From positions 249,711 to 313,710 of the forward strand of contig CALODR010000009.1 of assembly GCA_942492175.1 (NCBI GenBank): a stretch of 64,000 bases of DNA, written 5' to 3'. This DNA is from an uncultured bacterium. Its GTDB lineage: Bacteria; Acidobacteriota; Aminicenantia; UBA2199. A program made the translations under genes and the position numbers. The notes under the pieces were generated by a model that was given only the letters and a program-made list of their open reading frames with translations, was not told where the DNA came from and searched no databases. Every line of letters starts with the position of its first letter. Positions within the stretch are counted from its first letter, which is position 1. Below are positions 9,871 through 18,485 of this stretch, one piece after another.

Positions 9871-9899
9871 TTGACTTGCCGGATTTTTTCCTTTATACT
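9871..9899 (+). promoter_or_regulatory. Sigma70-type promoter of the arcE-arcC operon
   Basis: TTGACT (9871-9876), 17 nt spacer, TATACT (9894-9899). Confidence 0.7.
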
Positions 9900-9949
9900 T
9901 ACCAACTTAAATTATAATTTTATATTTGTTTGCAAAATAGGAGGAACAA

Positions 9950-11269
9950 ATGCGTAATGCGATAATTATGGGAGCAGCTGGTAGAGATTTCCACAATTTC
10001 AATCTGTTTTTTAAAGAGAACAAAGATGTTAAGGTTGTAGCTTTCACAGCAACTCAGATCCCTGATATTGATGGGAGAAAATATCCGAAAGAACTTGCAG
10101 GTGATATGTATCCGGACGGTATTAATATTTATCCCGAAGAAGAACTTCTTGACCTGATTGTGAAACTTGATGTTAAAGATGTGTATTTTGCATACAGTGA
10201 CGTACCTTATGAGTATGTACTGGACAAATCGGCCGATGTTATGACGACCGGTGCAAACTTTATTCTTCTCGGCCCCGGAGAGACTATGGTCGAAAGTACA
10301 AAACCTGTTGTTTCCGTTTGTGCTGTAAGAACAGGCTGCGGAAAGAGCCAGACCACAAGAAAGGTAAGCAATATCCTTAAAGAGATGGGATTTAAAGTTG
10401 CAGCTATCCGTCATCCGATGCCTTATGGTGATCTGGTTAAGCAGAGAGTTCAGAAATTTGAAACTATCGAAGATCTGAAAAAGCATAATTGTACTATCGA
10501 AGAGATGGAAGAGTATGAGCCACATATTGCGAACGGTGTGGTTGTTTTTGCAGGTGTAGACTATGAAGCGATCCTCAGAGAAGCAGAAAAGATAGCTGAT
10601 GTTATCCTTTGGGACGGAGGAAACAATGACCTTCCTTTTTACAAATCAGACCTTGAAATAGTTGTTGTCGATCCGCATAGAGCAGGTCATGAACTTACCT
10701 ATTATCCCGGTGGTGCTAATTTTAAAAGGGCAGATGTTATTGTAATAAACAAGATCGATACAGCTGATCTGGAAGATATAATTGATGTTAGAGACAATAT
10801 CAGAGACCATAATCCTACTGCTGTTGTAGTTGACGGTGCTTCTCCTATATTTGTTGAAGGCGGAGATAAGATCAGAGGGAAAAAAGTCCTGGTAATTGAA
10901 GATGGGCCGACCCTTACTCACGGAGAGATGAAATATGGAGCCGGAATTATGGCTGCTCACAAATATGGTGCAGCTGAGCTTGTAGATCCTAGGCCTTTTG
11001 CTGTTGGAACTATTGCCGACACATATGAGAAGTATCCTGAGATAGGAATTCTTCTTCCTGCAATGGGATATGGAGATCAGCAGATGAAGGACCTGGAAGA
11101 AACTATTAACAAGATCGATGCAGATCTGGTCATTGTTGCTACTCCGATCGACCTTGGAAGAATCGTTAAGTTCAAGAAACCAACAGTCAGAGTTTCATAT
11201 GATCTGGAAGAGATCGGAACCCCGACATTAACAGATATTCTCTCTAAACACCCCAAATTAAAGAGGTAA
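9950..11269 (+). CDS. arcE: Probable arginine synthetase (ArcE family; often annotated as cyclic 2,3-diphosphoglycerate synthase-like GTPase)
   Basis: GAAGRDFHNFN, AFTATQIPDI, P-loop AVRTGCGKS, RHPMPYG, WDGGNND, EDGPTLTHG, LPAMGY; carbamate kinase immediately downstream. Confidence 0.75.
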   Translation: MRNAIIMGAAGRDFHNFNLFFKENKDVKVVAFTATQIPDIDGRKYPKELAGDMYPDGINIYPEEELLDLIVKLDVKDVYFAYSDVPYEYVLDKSADVMTTGANFILLGPGETMVESTKPVVSVCAVRTGCGKSQTTRKVSNILKEMGFKVAAIRHPMPYGDLVKQRVQKFETIEDLKKHNCTIEEMEEYEPHIANGVVVFAGVDYEAILREAEKIADVILWDGGNNDLPFYKSDLEIVVVDPHRAGHELTYYPGGANFKRADVIVINKIDTADLEDIIDVRDNIRDHNPTAVVVDGASPIFVEGGDKIRGKKVLVIEDGPTLTHGEMKYGAGIMAAHKYGAAELVDPRPFAVGTIADTYEKYPEIGILLPAMGYGDQQMKDLEETINKIDADLVIVATPIDLGRIVKFKKPTVRVSYDLEEIGTPTLTDILSKHPKLKR

Positions 11270-11306
11270 TAGAGATTATTTATAATTTTGAAATAGGGGA
11301 CAGATC

Positions 11307-12263
11307 ATGAATAAACTTGCGCTTATTGCTTTCGGCGGCAATGCCATGCTTGAATCGGGTGAGAAAGGGACTGCTAAAGAACAATATAGAAATGCAAAAA
11401 AAGCAGCCTCGCTTATGGTTGATATTGTGAAAAAGGGTTACGAACTGATCATTGTTCATGGTAATGGTCCACAGGTGGGAAATGTGCTGCTCCAGATGGA
11501 AGGAGCAGCAACCACTGTCCCCCCATTCCCTCTTGATGTGTGTGATGCAATGACTGAGGGCAGTATGGGATATATGCTGGAAAAAGCAATCCTTAATGAA
11601 CTTAGAAAACAATCGATAGATAAAGAGGTAGTTACTTTGTTAACCCAGGTTATTGTGGACAGGGATGATAAGGCGTTTGAAAATCCGACCAAACCGATAG
11701 GCCCTTTCTATAATAAGTTCAGGGCCGGACAATTGGTGAAAGAAAATCACTGGACTATGGTTGAAGATGCAGGAAGAGGCTTCAGGCGCGTTGTTCCATC
11801 TCCCAAGCCGATAGATATTGTTCCTAAAAGAGCAATCAGGGCAATGGTGGAAAAAGGGATAATTGTAGTTGCAGCCGGTGGTGGAGGGATCCCTGTTTTT
11901 CTTAATTCATCAGGATATGTTGAAGGTGTGGAAGCAGTTATAGATAAGGATTTCGCATCTTCACTTATTTCAAAAGAAGCCGGTGTAGACCTGTTCATTA
12001 TCCTTACCGGTGTTGACAGAGTTGTTGAAAACTTCGGTAAACCGGATGCGGTTCCTTTAAAAGTTATCGATATTGAAAAAGCCGAAAAAATGTTGGAAGA
12101 GGGGCAATTCCCCCCGGGGTCGATGGGACCGAAAATTTCTGCATCGATCGATTATATAAAAAACGGGGGAAGCGAGGTTCTTATTACTTCAGCCGAAAAA
12201 CTGAGGTCGGCTCTGATCGGAAGATCAGGGACACGTATTGTTAAGGATCTTGAAGGAGAGTAA
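11307..12263 (+). CDS. arcC: Carbamate kinase
   Basis: AFGGNA, HGNGPQVG, NPTKPIGPF, RRVVPSP, AVIDKD, GSMGPK. Confidence 0.95.
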   Translation: MNKLALIAFGGNAMLESGEKGTAKEQYRNAKKAASLMVDIVKKGYELIIVHGNGPQVGNVLLQMEGAATTVPPFPLDVCDAMTEGSMGYMLEKAILNELRKQSIDKEVVTLLTQVIVDRDDKAFENPTKPIGPFYNKFRAGQLVKENHWTMVEDAGRGFRRVVPSPKPIDIVPKRAIRAMVEKGIIVVAAGGGGIPVFLNSSGYVEGVEAVIDKDFASSLISKEAGVDLFIILTGVDRVVENFGKPDAVPLKVIDIEKAEKMLEEGQFPPGSMGPKISASIDYIKNGGSEVLITSAEKLRSALIGRSGTRIVKDLEGE

Positions 12264-12264
12264 T

Positions 12265-14472
12265 GTGGAAGTCAACCTGAATATAGAGAATGAAGATATT
12301 AAGTTCCTCAAGGACTTTCTTAAAGGGAAAAAATCCCCGGTGGAAATTGATGAACTGACTAATCAGCTTGCTTTATTCAAAACTGAAAGCAAACTGAATG
12401 ACAAGGTCAAAGTATACAATCCAAAATGTGAATATAAAGTAGATGACCTTATTTACAAGGATTATCATGGAAAGATACCTATTGGAACAAAAAAGTATAT
12501 TGAACTTGACAGAGGAGTTGTCCTCAAAGTTGTTGAAGTAAGGACAAAATTTAAAAATGAGATCAAACTTGAATATGAAGGGACTTCGGATTACAAGAAA
12601 TATCTTGATTATCTGACCAGACAGAAGATTGAATTATTGCTTCCACATAAAATGGAAAAGCCTTGTGAAAAAGCGGAATATCTCGACCCTAAACTGGACC
12701 CGAGAAAGTTTTATGATCCTCTGCTTGAAAAGGATTACAATAATCTCAGGAAAAAACTGGTAGCACTGCTTAATAAAAGTGCGGATATTGCTTTTGCAGG
12801 AAATAAAGCGATCCTGGTGGGAAATCTGATGCCGATAGAAAATGAGGTTTTTACAAAAATCCGGGAATTCCTCACAGATAACGGTCGTTCGGAATCCACA
12901 GAGTTTTTTGTTGAAAATTTTGTAAAAATCAAACCCGGAAGTGAAGATTTCAATTCATTTTGTTTCGCATTGAGTTATAAGATGAGAAATGATTATAAAA
13001 TCGATTTCCAACAGGTCAATTATGAAGGCTGGGGGAAATGGAATCTTATTTCGCAGATCTATTATCTCCGGAAGGATTCAATTATAAGTGATGACAATCC
13101 TTTTTTAAAAAATATTGAAATTGAGAATAAGAAGGGACTCGGGACCTTGAGAAAGAAGTTCGAGGAAAAACTCTTTGATGAGGACAATTCAAAATATTTT
13201 CTGTCCCAGAGGGAGATTTTTGCAGGTGCAATAAGGCTTAAGCAGGGGGTTTTTGATTTCGAGGAATCTATTGAGGTTGAACTTGTAGACGAAAGCACAA
13301 AAAAAACCTATATAGGATACTATTATAGCGAGTCAAATCTGTTAATGGGGCTTAAAGAAATTTTTGACCACTATAAAGTTCTTCAGGGATCTATTATTTC
13401 GTTATCACAGGTCGAAGATACAGTGTTCTTCTTTAATATTAGAACCACAAAAAAGGGAACTGTTTCAGAGAAAATCGAATACGATGAAGAGAAAAAGCTT
13501 TTTATTGTTAAAGATGATAAGATCGCCTCTCAGGTTTTTATTAACAAATCTATCTATCTGGAACAGAAAGATCTGATCGAACTTGAGAACAAAATTGAAC
13601 TTTTCAGAGCAAGCACTTCTTTTAATGAATTGTTAAATAAAGTTTTCCTTGAATTTGGAGTGAGGGAACGGAATTTTGAGATCCATATATTGAAACTGTA
13701 CCATATTCTGGATCTGATAGCTCCGGTAAATCTGAGGACTGTTCTTGATGTTGTATTCGGGAACCAGGCGTATATCCCTTCAGAAAAAATACATGGTGTG
13801 TTTTATCTTGACCCCAGTTCCATAAGTAATCTGGTGGAAGAAGATATAAAACAAAAAGAGATTCATGATACTCAGGCAAGAACAGATCTGGATGTTGAAA
13901 GGCAGCATAAGATAGAAGAAGAGAAGAAGGTTGATGAAGAGATCAGGCTTATTAGAGAAGAGAGGCGTAGAAAAAGAGAAGAAGAGATGAGGAAGGTTGA
14001 GCAGATCGAAAAAGATCGACTTGAAAAGATAACCAAATCTCAATCCAGGGATAAAAAGCCGGAAATACCTGCCGGAAGAAGGCAGGTTCCTGATGTTCAG
14101 GTAGATCCAGGTCTTGCAGATCCGGAACTAACTAAGATTGATAGAACCAAGAAGGAAGCCGCGCATAAGAAAAAAGCTGAAAAAGAGATTTTTAAGCCGG
14201 AAAAAGAAAAATCAACGGCAAAGAAAGTAAAAAAGTCTTCCGCAGATGATCAATTGGATATGGATGATATACAGAGTGAGATCGAACTCCTTAAACTAAA
14301 AGAAGAAGTTGAAAAAGAGAAGCAAAAAATGTTAAATAAAGAGAAGGCAAAAAAAGTGGCTTTTAAAGATACCAATGGTTTTGGCGGTATTTTCGCTTCT
14401 AAGCTTGATGAGATAGCAAAATCTGATAAGAAAGAGAAAAAAGAGACTAAGGGAAAGAAAGAGAAAAAATGA
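12265..14472 (+). CDS. Large cytoplasmic hypothetical protein with charged, coiled-coil-like C-terminus
   Basis: Long ORF; GTG at 12265 follows GAAGGAG; no signal peptide or TM; the last ~200 aa are E/K/R-rich. Confidence 0.8.
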   Translation: MEVNLNIENEDIKFLKDFLKGKKSPVEIDELTNQLALFKTESKLNDKVKVYNPKCEYKVDDLIYKDYHGKIPIGTKKYIELDRGVVLKVVEVRTKFKNEIKLEYEGTSDYKKYLDYLTRQKIELLLPHKMEKPCEKAEYLDPKLDPRKFYDPLLEKDYNNLRKKLVALLNKSADIAFAGNKAILVGNLMPIENEVFTKIREFLTDNGRSESTEFFVENFVKIKPGSEDFNSFCFALSYKMRNDYKIDFQQVNYEGWGKWNLISQIYYLRKDSIISDDNPFLKNIEIENKKGLGTLRKKFEEKLFDEDNSKYFLSQREIFAGAIRLKQGVFDFEESIEVELVDESTKKTYIGYYYSESNLLMGLKEIFDHYKVLQGSIISLSQVEDTVFFFNIRTTKKGTVSEKIEYDEEKKLFIVKDDKIASQVFINKSIYLEQKDLIELENKIELFRASTSFNELLNKVFLEFGVRERNFEIHILKLYHILDLIAPVNLRTVLDVVFGNQAYIPSEKIHGVFYLDPSSISNLVEEDIKQKEIHDTQARTDLDVERQHKIEEEKKVDEEIRLIREERRRKREEEMRKVEQIEKDRLEKITKSQSRDKKPEIPAGRRQVPDVQVDPGLADPELTKIDRTKKEAAHKKKAEKEIFKPEKEKSTAKKVKKSSADDQLDMDDIQSEIELLKLKEEVEKEKQKMLNKEKAKKVAFKDTNGFGGIFASKLDEIAKSDKKEKKETKGKKEKK

Positions 14473-16031
14473 AAGTCTTATTCTCTCAATGGATGAGAGA
14501 GCTTGACTTTAATGCAATAAATAAGACAGGCATACCTTCAATTGTCCTTATGGAGAATGCCTCAAGGGGATCTGCTCAACTGGTAAAAGAGAGGTTCCCT
14601 GTTGAAAAATCTCCGAATGTAATAATTATAGCAGGCCCTGGAAATAATGGGGGAGACGGGATAGCTACCGGAAGAGTTCTTTCTCAATGGGGTTACAATC
14701 CTCACTTTCTGTTCCTTTCCGATCCGGAAAAATTTTCCGGAGATCCATTGATAAATTTTAATATAATTAATGAACTTAAATTAAAATGGACTTTATTATC
14801 AGATAATGAAACTCTTCAGAATATATTGGATGATTATTCTGATTGTGACACTTTAATTATTGATGCAATTTTTGGTACCGGCATGAAGAGGCCGATAAAA
14901 GAGGGAAAATATTGCGAAATTATTAAAATTCTTAATGGATCAGGTTTTAAGATTGTTTCGATTGATCTCCCTTCAGGGCTTTCGGATTCTTTTCCCCCAT
15001 ACGAAGGATGCTTTGTAGAACCTGATATAACTGTTACATTTCAGTCCCTTAAGGTTGCTCATTTATTCCCTGATGATAGAGAAAGGTGTGGTGAAATATT
15101 TGTTATTGATATCGGAATACCCTCATGTTTTATAAATGAGGAAAAGTACTTTATCAGCTTGTCAGAACCTTCAGGTTTTTCTGATTTATTGGTAAAAAGG
15201 AATTCGGGGATACACAAGGGTAATCTCGGGCACGGGCTTATTATTGCTGGTTCTGATGAAAAACCCGGGGCATTAATATTGTCATCAGTATCTGTCTTAA
15301 GGTCCGGAGCCGGCCTCTCGACCTGTGTTGTTTCAGAGAAAAACAGAGAACTTGTAATGAGGGCTTACCCTGAAATTATGACCTTAAGTGAAAGAGAGTT
15401 TGTTAAGCTGGATAGAATACCTGAAGGATATGATTGTGTGCTGGCAGGTCCGGGTATGGGCGTAACAGAAAAGAGTAATAAGCTGATAGAAAACTTATTG
15501 TCTGTTTCTGAGATCCCGGTTGTTCTTGATGCAGATGCCATTAATCTTCTGGGAAAGAACATTTCTATTCTGAAAAATAAAAGAAGATATCCTCTTATCC
15601 TTACCCCTCACCCTAAGGAATTTTCCAGAATTTCCGGTTTAAAGATATCAGAAATACTGGATGATCCTGTTAATTCGGCAAGAGATTTTGCAATAAAATA
15701 TGATCTTTTTCTGGTTTTGAAAGGACATTACTCATTAATTGTCTCTCCGGAAGGACGGGTGGCTGTAAACCAGACTGGTAATCCCGGAATGGCAACTGCA
15801 GGAAGTGGAGATGTCCTCGGGGGAATAATTGCGGGAATGATCGCCCAGTTCAACAGTAAATTGCCAGTTTTTCAAATTTTACAGGCAGCAGTTTTTATTC
15901 ACGGTTATGCCGGAGATTTAGCTTCTTCTTTAAAAGGGGAATCTCCGATGATAGCATCTGATATTGTTGACAATATTTATAGGGCTTTCAGGGAGTTAAA
16001 TGAATATAAATCTGAATTCCGGTTCACCTGA
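14469..16031 (+). CDS. nnr: Bifunctional NAD(P)H-hydrate epimerase/dehydratase (YjeF/Nnr)
   Basis: LMENA, GPGNNGGDG, DAIFGTG, HKG, VLDADA, TPHPKEF, VLKG, MATAGSGDVL. Confidence 0.95.
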   Translation: MKVLFSQWMRELDFNAINKTGIPSIVLMENASRGSAQLVKERFPVEKSPNVIIIAGPGNNGGDGIATGRVLSQWGYNPHFLFLSDPEKFSGDPLINFNIINELKLKWTLLSDNETLQNILDDYSDCDTLIIDAIFGTGMKRPIKEGKYCEIIKILNGSGFKIVSIDLPSGLSDSFPPYEGCFVEPDITVTFQSLKVAHLFPDDRERCGEIFVIDIGIPSCFINEEKYFISLSEPSGFSDLLVKRNSGIHKGNLGHGLIIAGSDEKPGALILSSVSVLRSGAGLSTCVVSEKNRELVMRAYPEIMTLSEREFVKLDRIPEGYDCVLAGPGMGVTEKSNKLIENLLSVSEIPVVLDADAINLLGKNISILKNKRRYPLILTPHPKEFSRISGLKISEILDDPVNSARDFAIKYDLFLVLKGHYSLIVSPEGRVAVNQTGNPGMATAGSGDVLGGIIAGMIAQFNSKLPVFQILQAAVFIHGYAGDLASSLKGESPMIASDIVDNIYRAFRELNEYKSEFRFT

Positions 16032-16464
16032 AGAAACTTTTTTCATTGGTAAATCCCTTGGGAAAGTGTTGAAGGGGAATGAGCTTATTTTCCTGAGTGG
16101 AAATCTTGGCGCAGGGAAAACACTGTTTACCAAGGGGATCGGTCATTCTCTGGGAATTCAAAGAAGGGAGATCGTCAGTCCCAGCTACACTCTTATGAAT
16201 ATTTATGAAGGTAAGTTCACTCTTTTCCACATAGATCTTTACCGTATTGGAGAGCAATTGGATGGTGGTATACCTGAGATTGATGATAATATTGATAATG
16301 GGATCATTGTTGTGGAATGGGCAGAATATATAAAAAAATACTATTCGGAAGAAAATAACCTTATTGATATATCTATCTATCTGACAGAAGAAAGAGAATC
16401 GGGAAGGGCAATATCTATTTCAACAGAGATAAATATTACCCCCGAAAACTTTATAGTTTATTAA
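16000..16464 (+). CDS. tsaE: tRNA t6A biosynthesis ATPase TsaE
   Basis: GNLGAGKT, SPSYTL, HIDLYR, VEWA; classic position after nnr. Confidence 0.95.
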   Translation: MNINLNSGSPEETFFIGKSLGKVLKGNELIFLSGNLGAGKTLFTKGIGHSLGIQRREIVSPSYTLMNIYEGKFTLFHIDLYRIGEQLDGGIPEIDDNIDNGIIVVEWAEYIKKYYSEENNLIDISIYLTEERESGRAISISTEINITPENFIVY

Positions 16465-17408
16465 CGGATCTTATGTTTTAAAACATCTCTGTATTTAGTC
16501 TGTCCTATTTTATCCTCAACCACTATATCAAAATAGTACTTACCTTTCTTTACAGATTGAATTGGCACTTTAAGATAAATATACTTTTTCTTCAGGATTG
16601 AATCGTCAATATTATCGAGTGTACGTTCAGTTTTGTAATTTTTAACCTTGAGATAATCTTTATAAACATATACATTTATACCGAAACTGGCCTGCATTTT
16701 TCCGTTTTTCTCTTCGAAGCTGATCTTTTTAACAGGAATTTTCAGCAGGATCTCATTTTTCTTGACAGATGGTTTAAATGTCAGCTGGTGTCTGAGTTGT
16801 GATTTTGACACATCAAGTACGCTCAATTTTGCCAGATCTATAGCCGTCAGCAGCTGAGCCGGTATTCTAGCCAGTTTGAAGTTCCCGAATCCGTCGTTGT
16901 CAGTAAAGATCAGAAACAATTGGAACCGGTAGTAAAACCATCTTTCCATTGGAAGTCTCTTTGTTGTTGTCAAAGCACCCTCGTATGGACCTCCACGACC
17001 GCCCTGTACTCTACGGTCCAATTCGCCGAACTCTCTTCTGTCGGGGATCCCCAATTGGAGAAGAATTCTCCCCCTCTCTGAATCCCATCCCGTGTTTTTC
17101 CCTTTGCCTTCAGAGAACCATCTGTTTGCATATGCAATTCTCTCAGCATAAGCCATCTGCGCTTCATTCTCAAAATTATCCGGGGTAGGATCTCTCTTCT
17201 CCCAGAACTCTTTAATGAATTTTGCCCTATCAGTATCATCAGGGAGATGTTTGTATATCTCCTTTTCCATTTTTGTCATTATAAATCTGGTTTTTTTGTA
17301 AAAATCATCCACACTTTTAACAACACCCTCTGTGTCTGCCTGTATCTGACCGAAATTCATTGAAACAGCAAACAATAAAACCAATATAATTGTTAAATAT
17401 TTTTTCAT
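16461..17408 (-). CDS. Exported GWxTD-domain protein
   Basis: Signal peptide; FWEKRDPTP...NE...RIAYAN...GWDSERGRILLQLGIPD. Confidence 0.8.
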   Translation of the reverse strand: MKKYLTIILVLLFAVSMNFGQIQADTEGVVKSVDDFYKKTRFIMTKMEKEIYKHLPDDTDRAKFIKEFWEKRDPTPDNFENEAQMAYAERIAYANRWFSEGKGKNTGWDSERGRILLQLGIPDRREFGELDRRVQGGRGGPYEGALTTTKRLPMERWFYYRFQLFLIFTDNDGFGNFKLARIPAQLLTAIDLAKLSVLDVSKSQLRHQLTFKPSVKKNEILLKIPVKKISFEEKNGKMQASFGINVYVYKDYLKVKNYKTERTLDNIDDSILKKKYIYLKVPIQSVKKGKYYFDIVVEDKIGQTKYRDVLKHKIR

Positions 17409-17415
17409 TTTCTCC

Positions 17416-18087
17416 TCATCTAAAAAACAAATTTATTCCTATGTTAAGTGTCAGACCGCTAAGGTCAAGTTTTTCAAAGCCTTCAAACAGAGTGGATAAT
17501 TGTCCTTTAAGGTAATGATATTTAGCTTCAAAAGAAATTCCCATATGTCTTCTGAAACGAAAAACAAATCCACCCCTGAAGTTAAACCCTGCTGTATATT
17601 TTTCTGTATATCCGTAACCTTCATACACTTCCCAGTTTGTGAAGTCGATAAAGTCCCCATTTTGCTCATACTCCCAAAAGTATATTCCCACACCTGCACC
17701 GATGTAAGGATTAAATATTTTTCTATGTCCGAGGGGATATATTTTAATGTTGGCCTCAATTCCGCTAATGCTCAGGTATAAGTCCTGATATATTGGTGAT
17801 CCGTCATCAAATTCATAATCTCTATACTGAGAATAGACTGTCTTCTCGAACGTACCGGCTTCCAGTGTCAGGGAAAAATGCCTTCCCATAAAATGTTCGT
17901 ATTCCAGGCTATATACAAGATCCTTCAAGTCGTCATTTGAAAAATAGAGGTTTTCTTTGTTTACTTCCCAAAGATCAGAATCAAGTGAAGGTGTGAAAAA
18001 CCCAATTTTGAAGTTTAAACTCTGGCCCGGTACTATTAAGGTACTTAATAACAGCACTAAAATTGAAATTATATATTTCTTAATCAT
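17416..18087 (-). CDS. Outer-membrane beta-barrel protein (OmpA/OmpW-like)
   Basis: Signal peptide, alternating beta-strands, NPYIGAGVG, terminal GINLFFR; ATG 18087 after GGAGG. Confidence 0.75.
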   Translation of the reverse strand: MIKKYIISILVLLLSTLIVPGQSLNFKIGFFTPSLDSDLWEVNKENLYFSNDDLKDLVYSLEYEHFMGRHFSLTLEAGTFEKTVYSQYRDYEFDDGSPIYQDLYLSISGIEANIKIYPLGHRKIFNPYIGAGVGIYFWEYEQNGDFIDFTNWEVYEGYGYTEKYTAGFNFRGGFVFRFRRHMGISFEAKYHYLKGQLSTLFEGFEKLDLSGLTLNIGINLFFR

Positions 18088-18176
18088 TTTAACCTCCAAT
18101 ATTGAAAAGCAATATCAATGCCAACAGATACAATGCAGTAGGGTTAAAATGTGTCCCCTAAATGTTACAGGAGCTT

Positions 18177-18482
18177 CTATTTTAATGCAGAAATTATCTT
18201 CTCTTTTGAAGGGACAGAGTTGAATCTTGCCACTTCCTTTCCTCCGTTAAAAATGATAATGGTCGGAACTCCGAGAACGAAAAATTTCATTGCAATACCC
18301 GGATTTTCTGTTACATCAACTTCATAGGCAGATACAGTTTTCTCCTGATTTTCATTAATTATCTCAGTAAGCATTGGAGGTACTTTTTTGCACGGGGCAC
18401 ACCCTGGAGAGCTAAAATCTATTATAACATTACCGGGCGAAGCAATCTTTTCATCAAAAATGTCTTCAGATATCTTTTCCAT
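18177..18482 (-). CDS. Thioredoxin-family protein
   Basis: IDFSSPGCAPC, VDV, GVPT cis-Pro loop, FNGG. Confidence 0.9.
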   Translation of the reverse strand: MEKISEDIFDEKIASPGNVIIDFSSPGCAPCKKVPPMLTEIINENQEKTVSAYEVDVTENPGIAMKFFVLGVPTIIIFNGGKEVARFNSVPSKEKIISALK

Positions 18483-18485
18483 ATT

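Noticed and set aside
9950-11269. Annotation as cyclic 2,3-diphosphoglycerate synthase
   Set aside because: No 2-phosphoglycerate kinase is nearby, while carbamate kinase is adjacent; the context and N-terminal GAAGRDFHNFN motif fit the ArcE family better
11296-11306. GGGGACAGATC resembling the REP-like arm
   Set aside because: No partner arm; positioned exactly as the ribosome-binding site of arcC
13850-14472. Purine-rich, repetitive-looking DNA (also about 28900-28990 and 44480-44720)
   Set aside because: Explained by Glu/Lys/Arg-rich coding sequence; no fixed-period nucleotide repeat or CRISPR-like spacing
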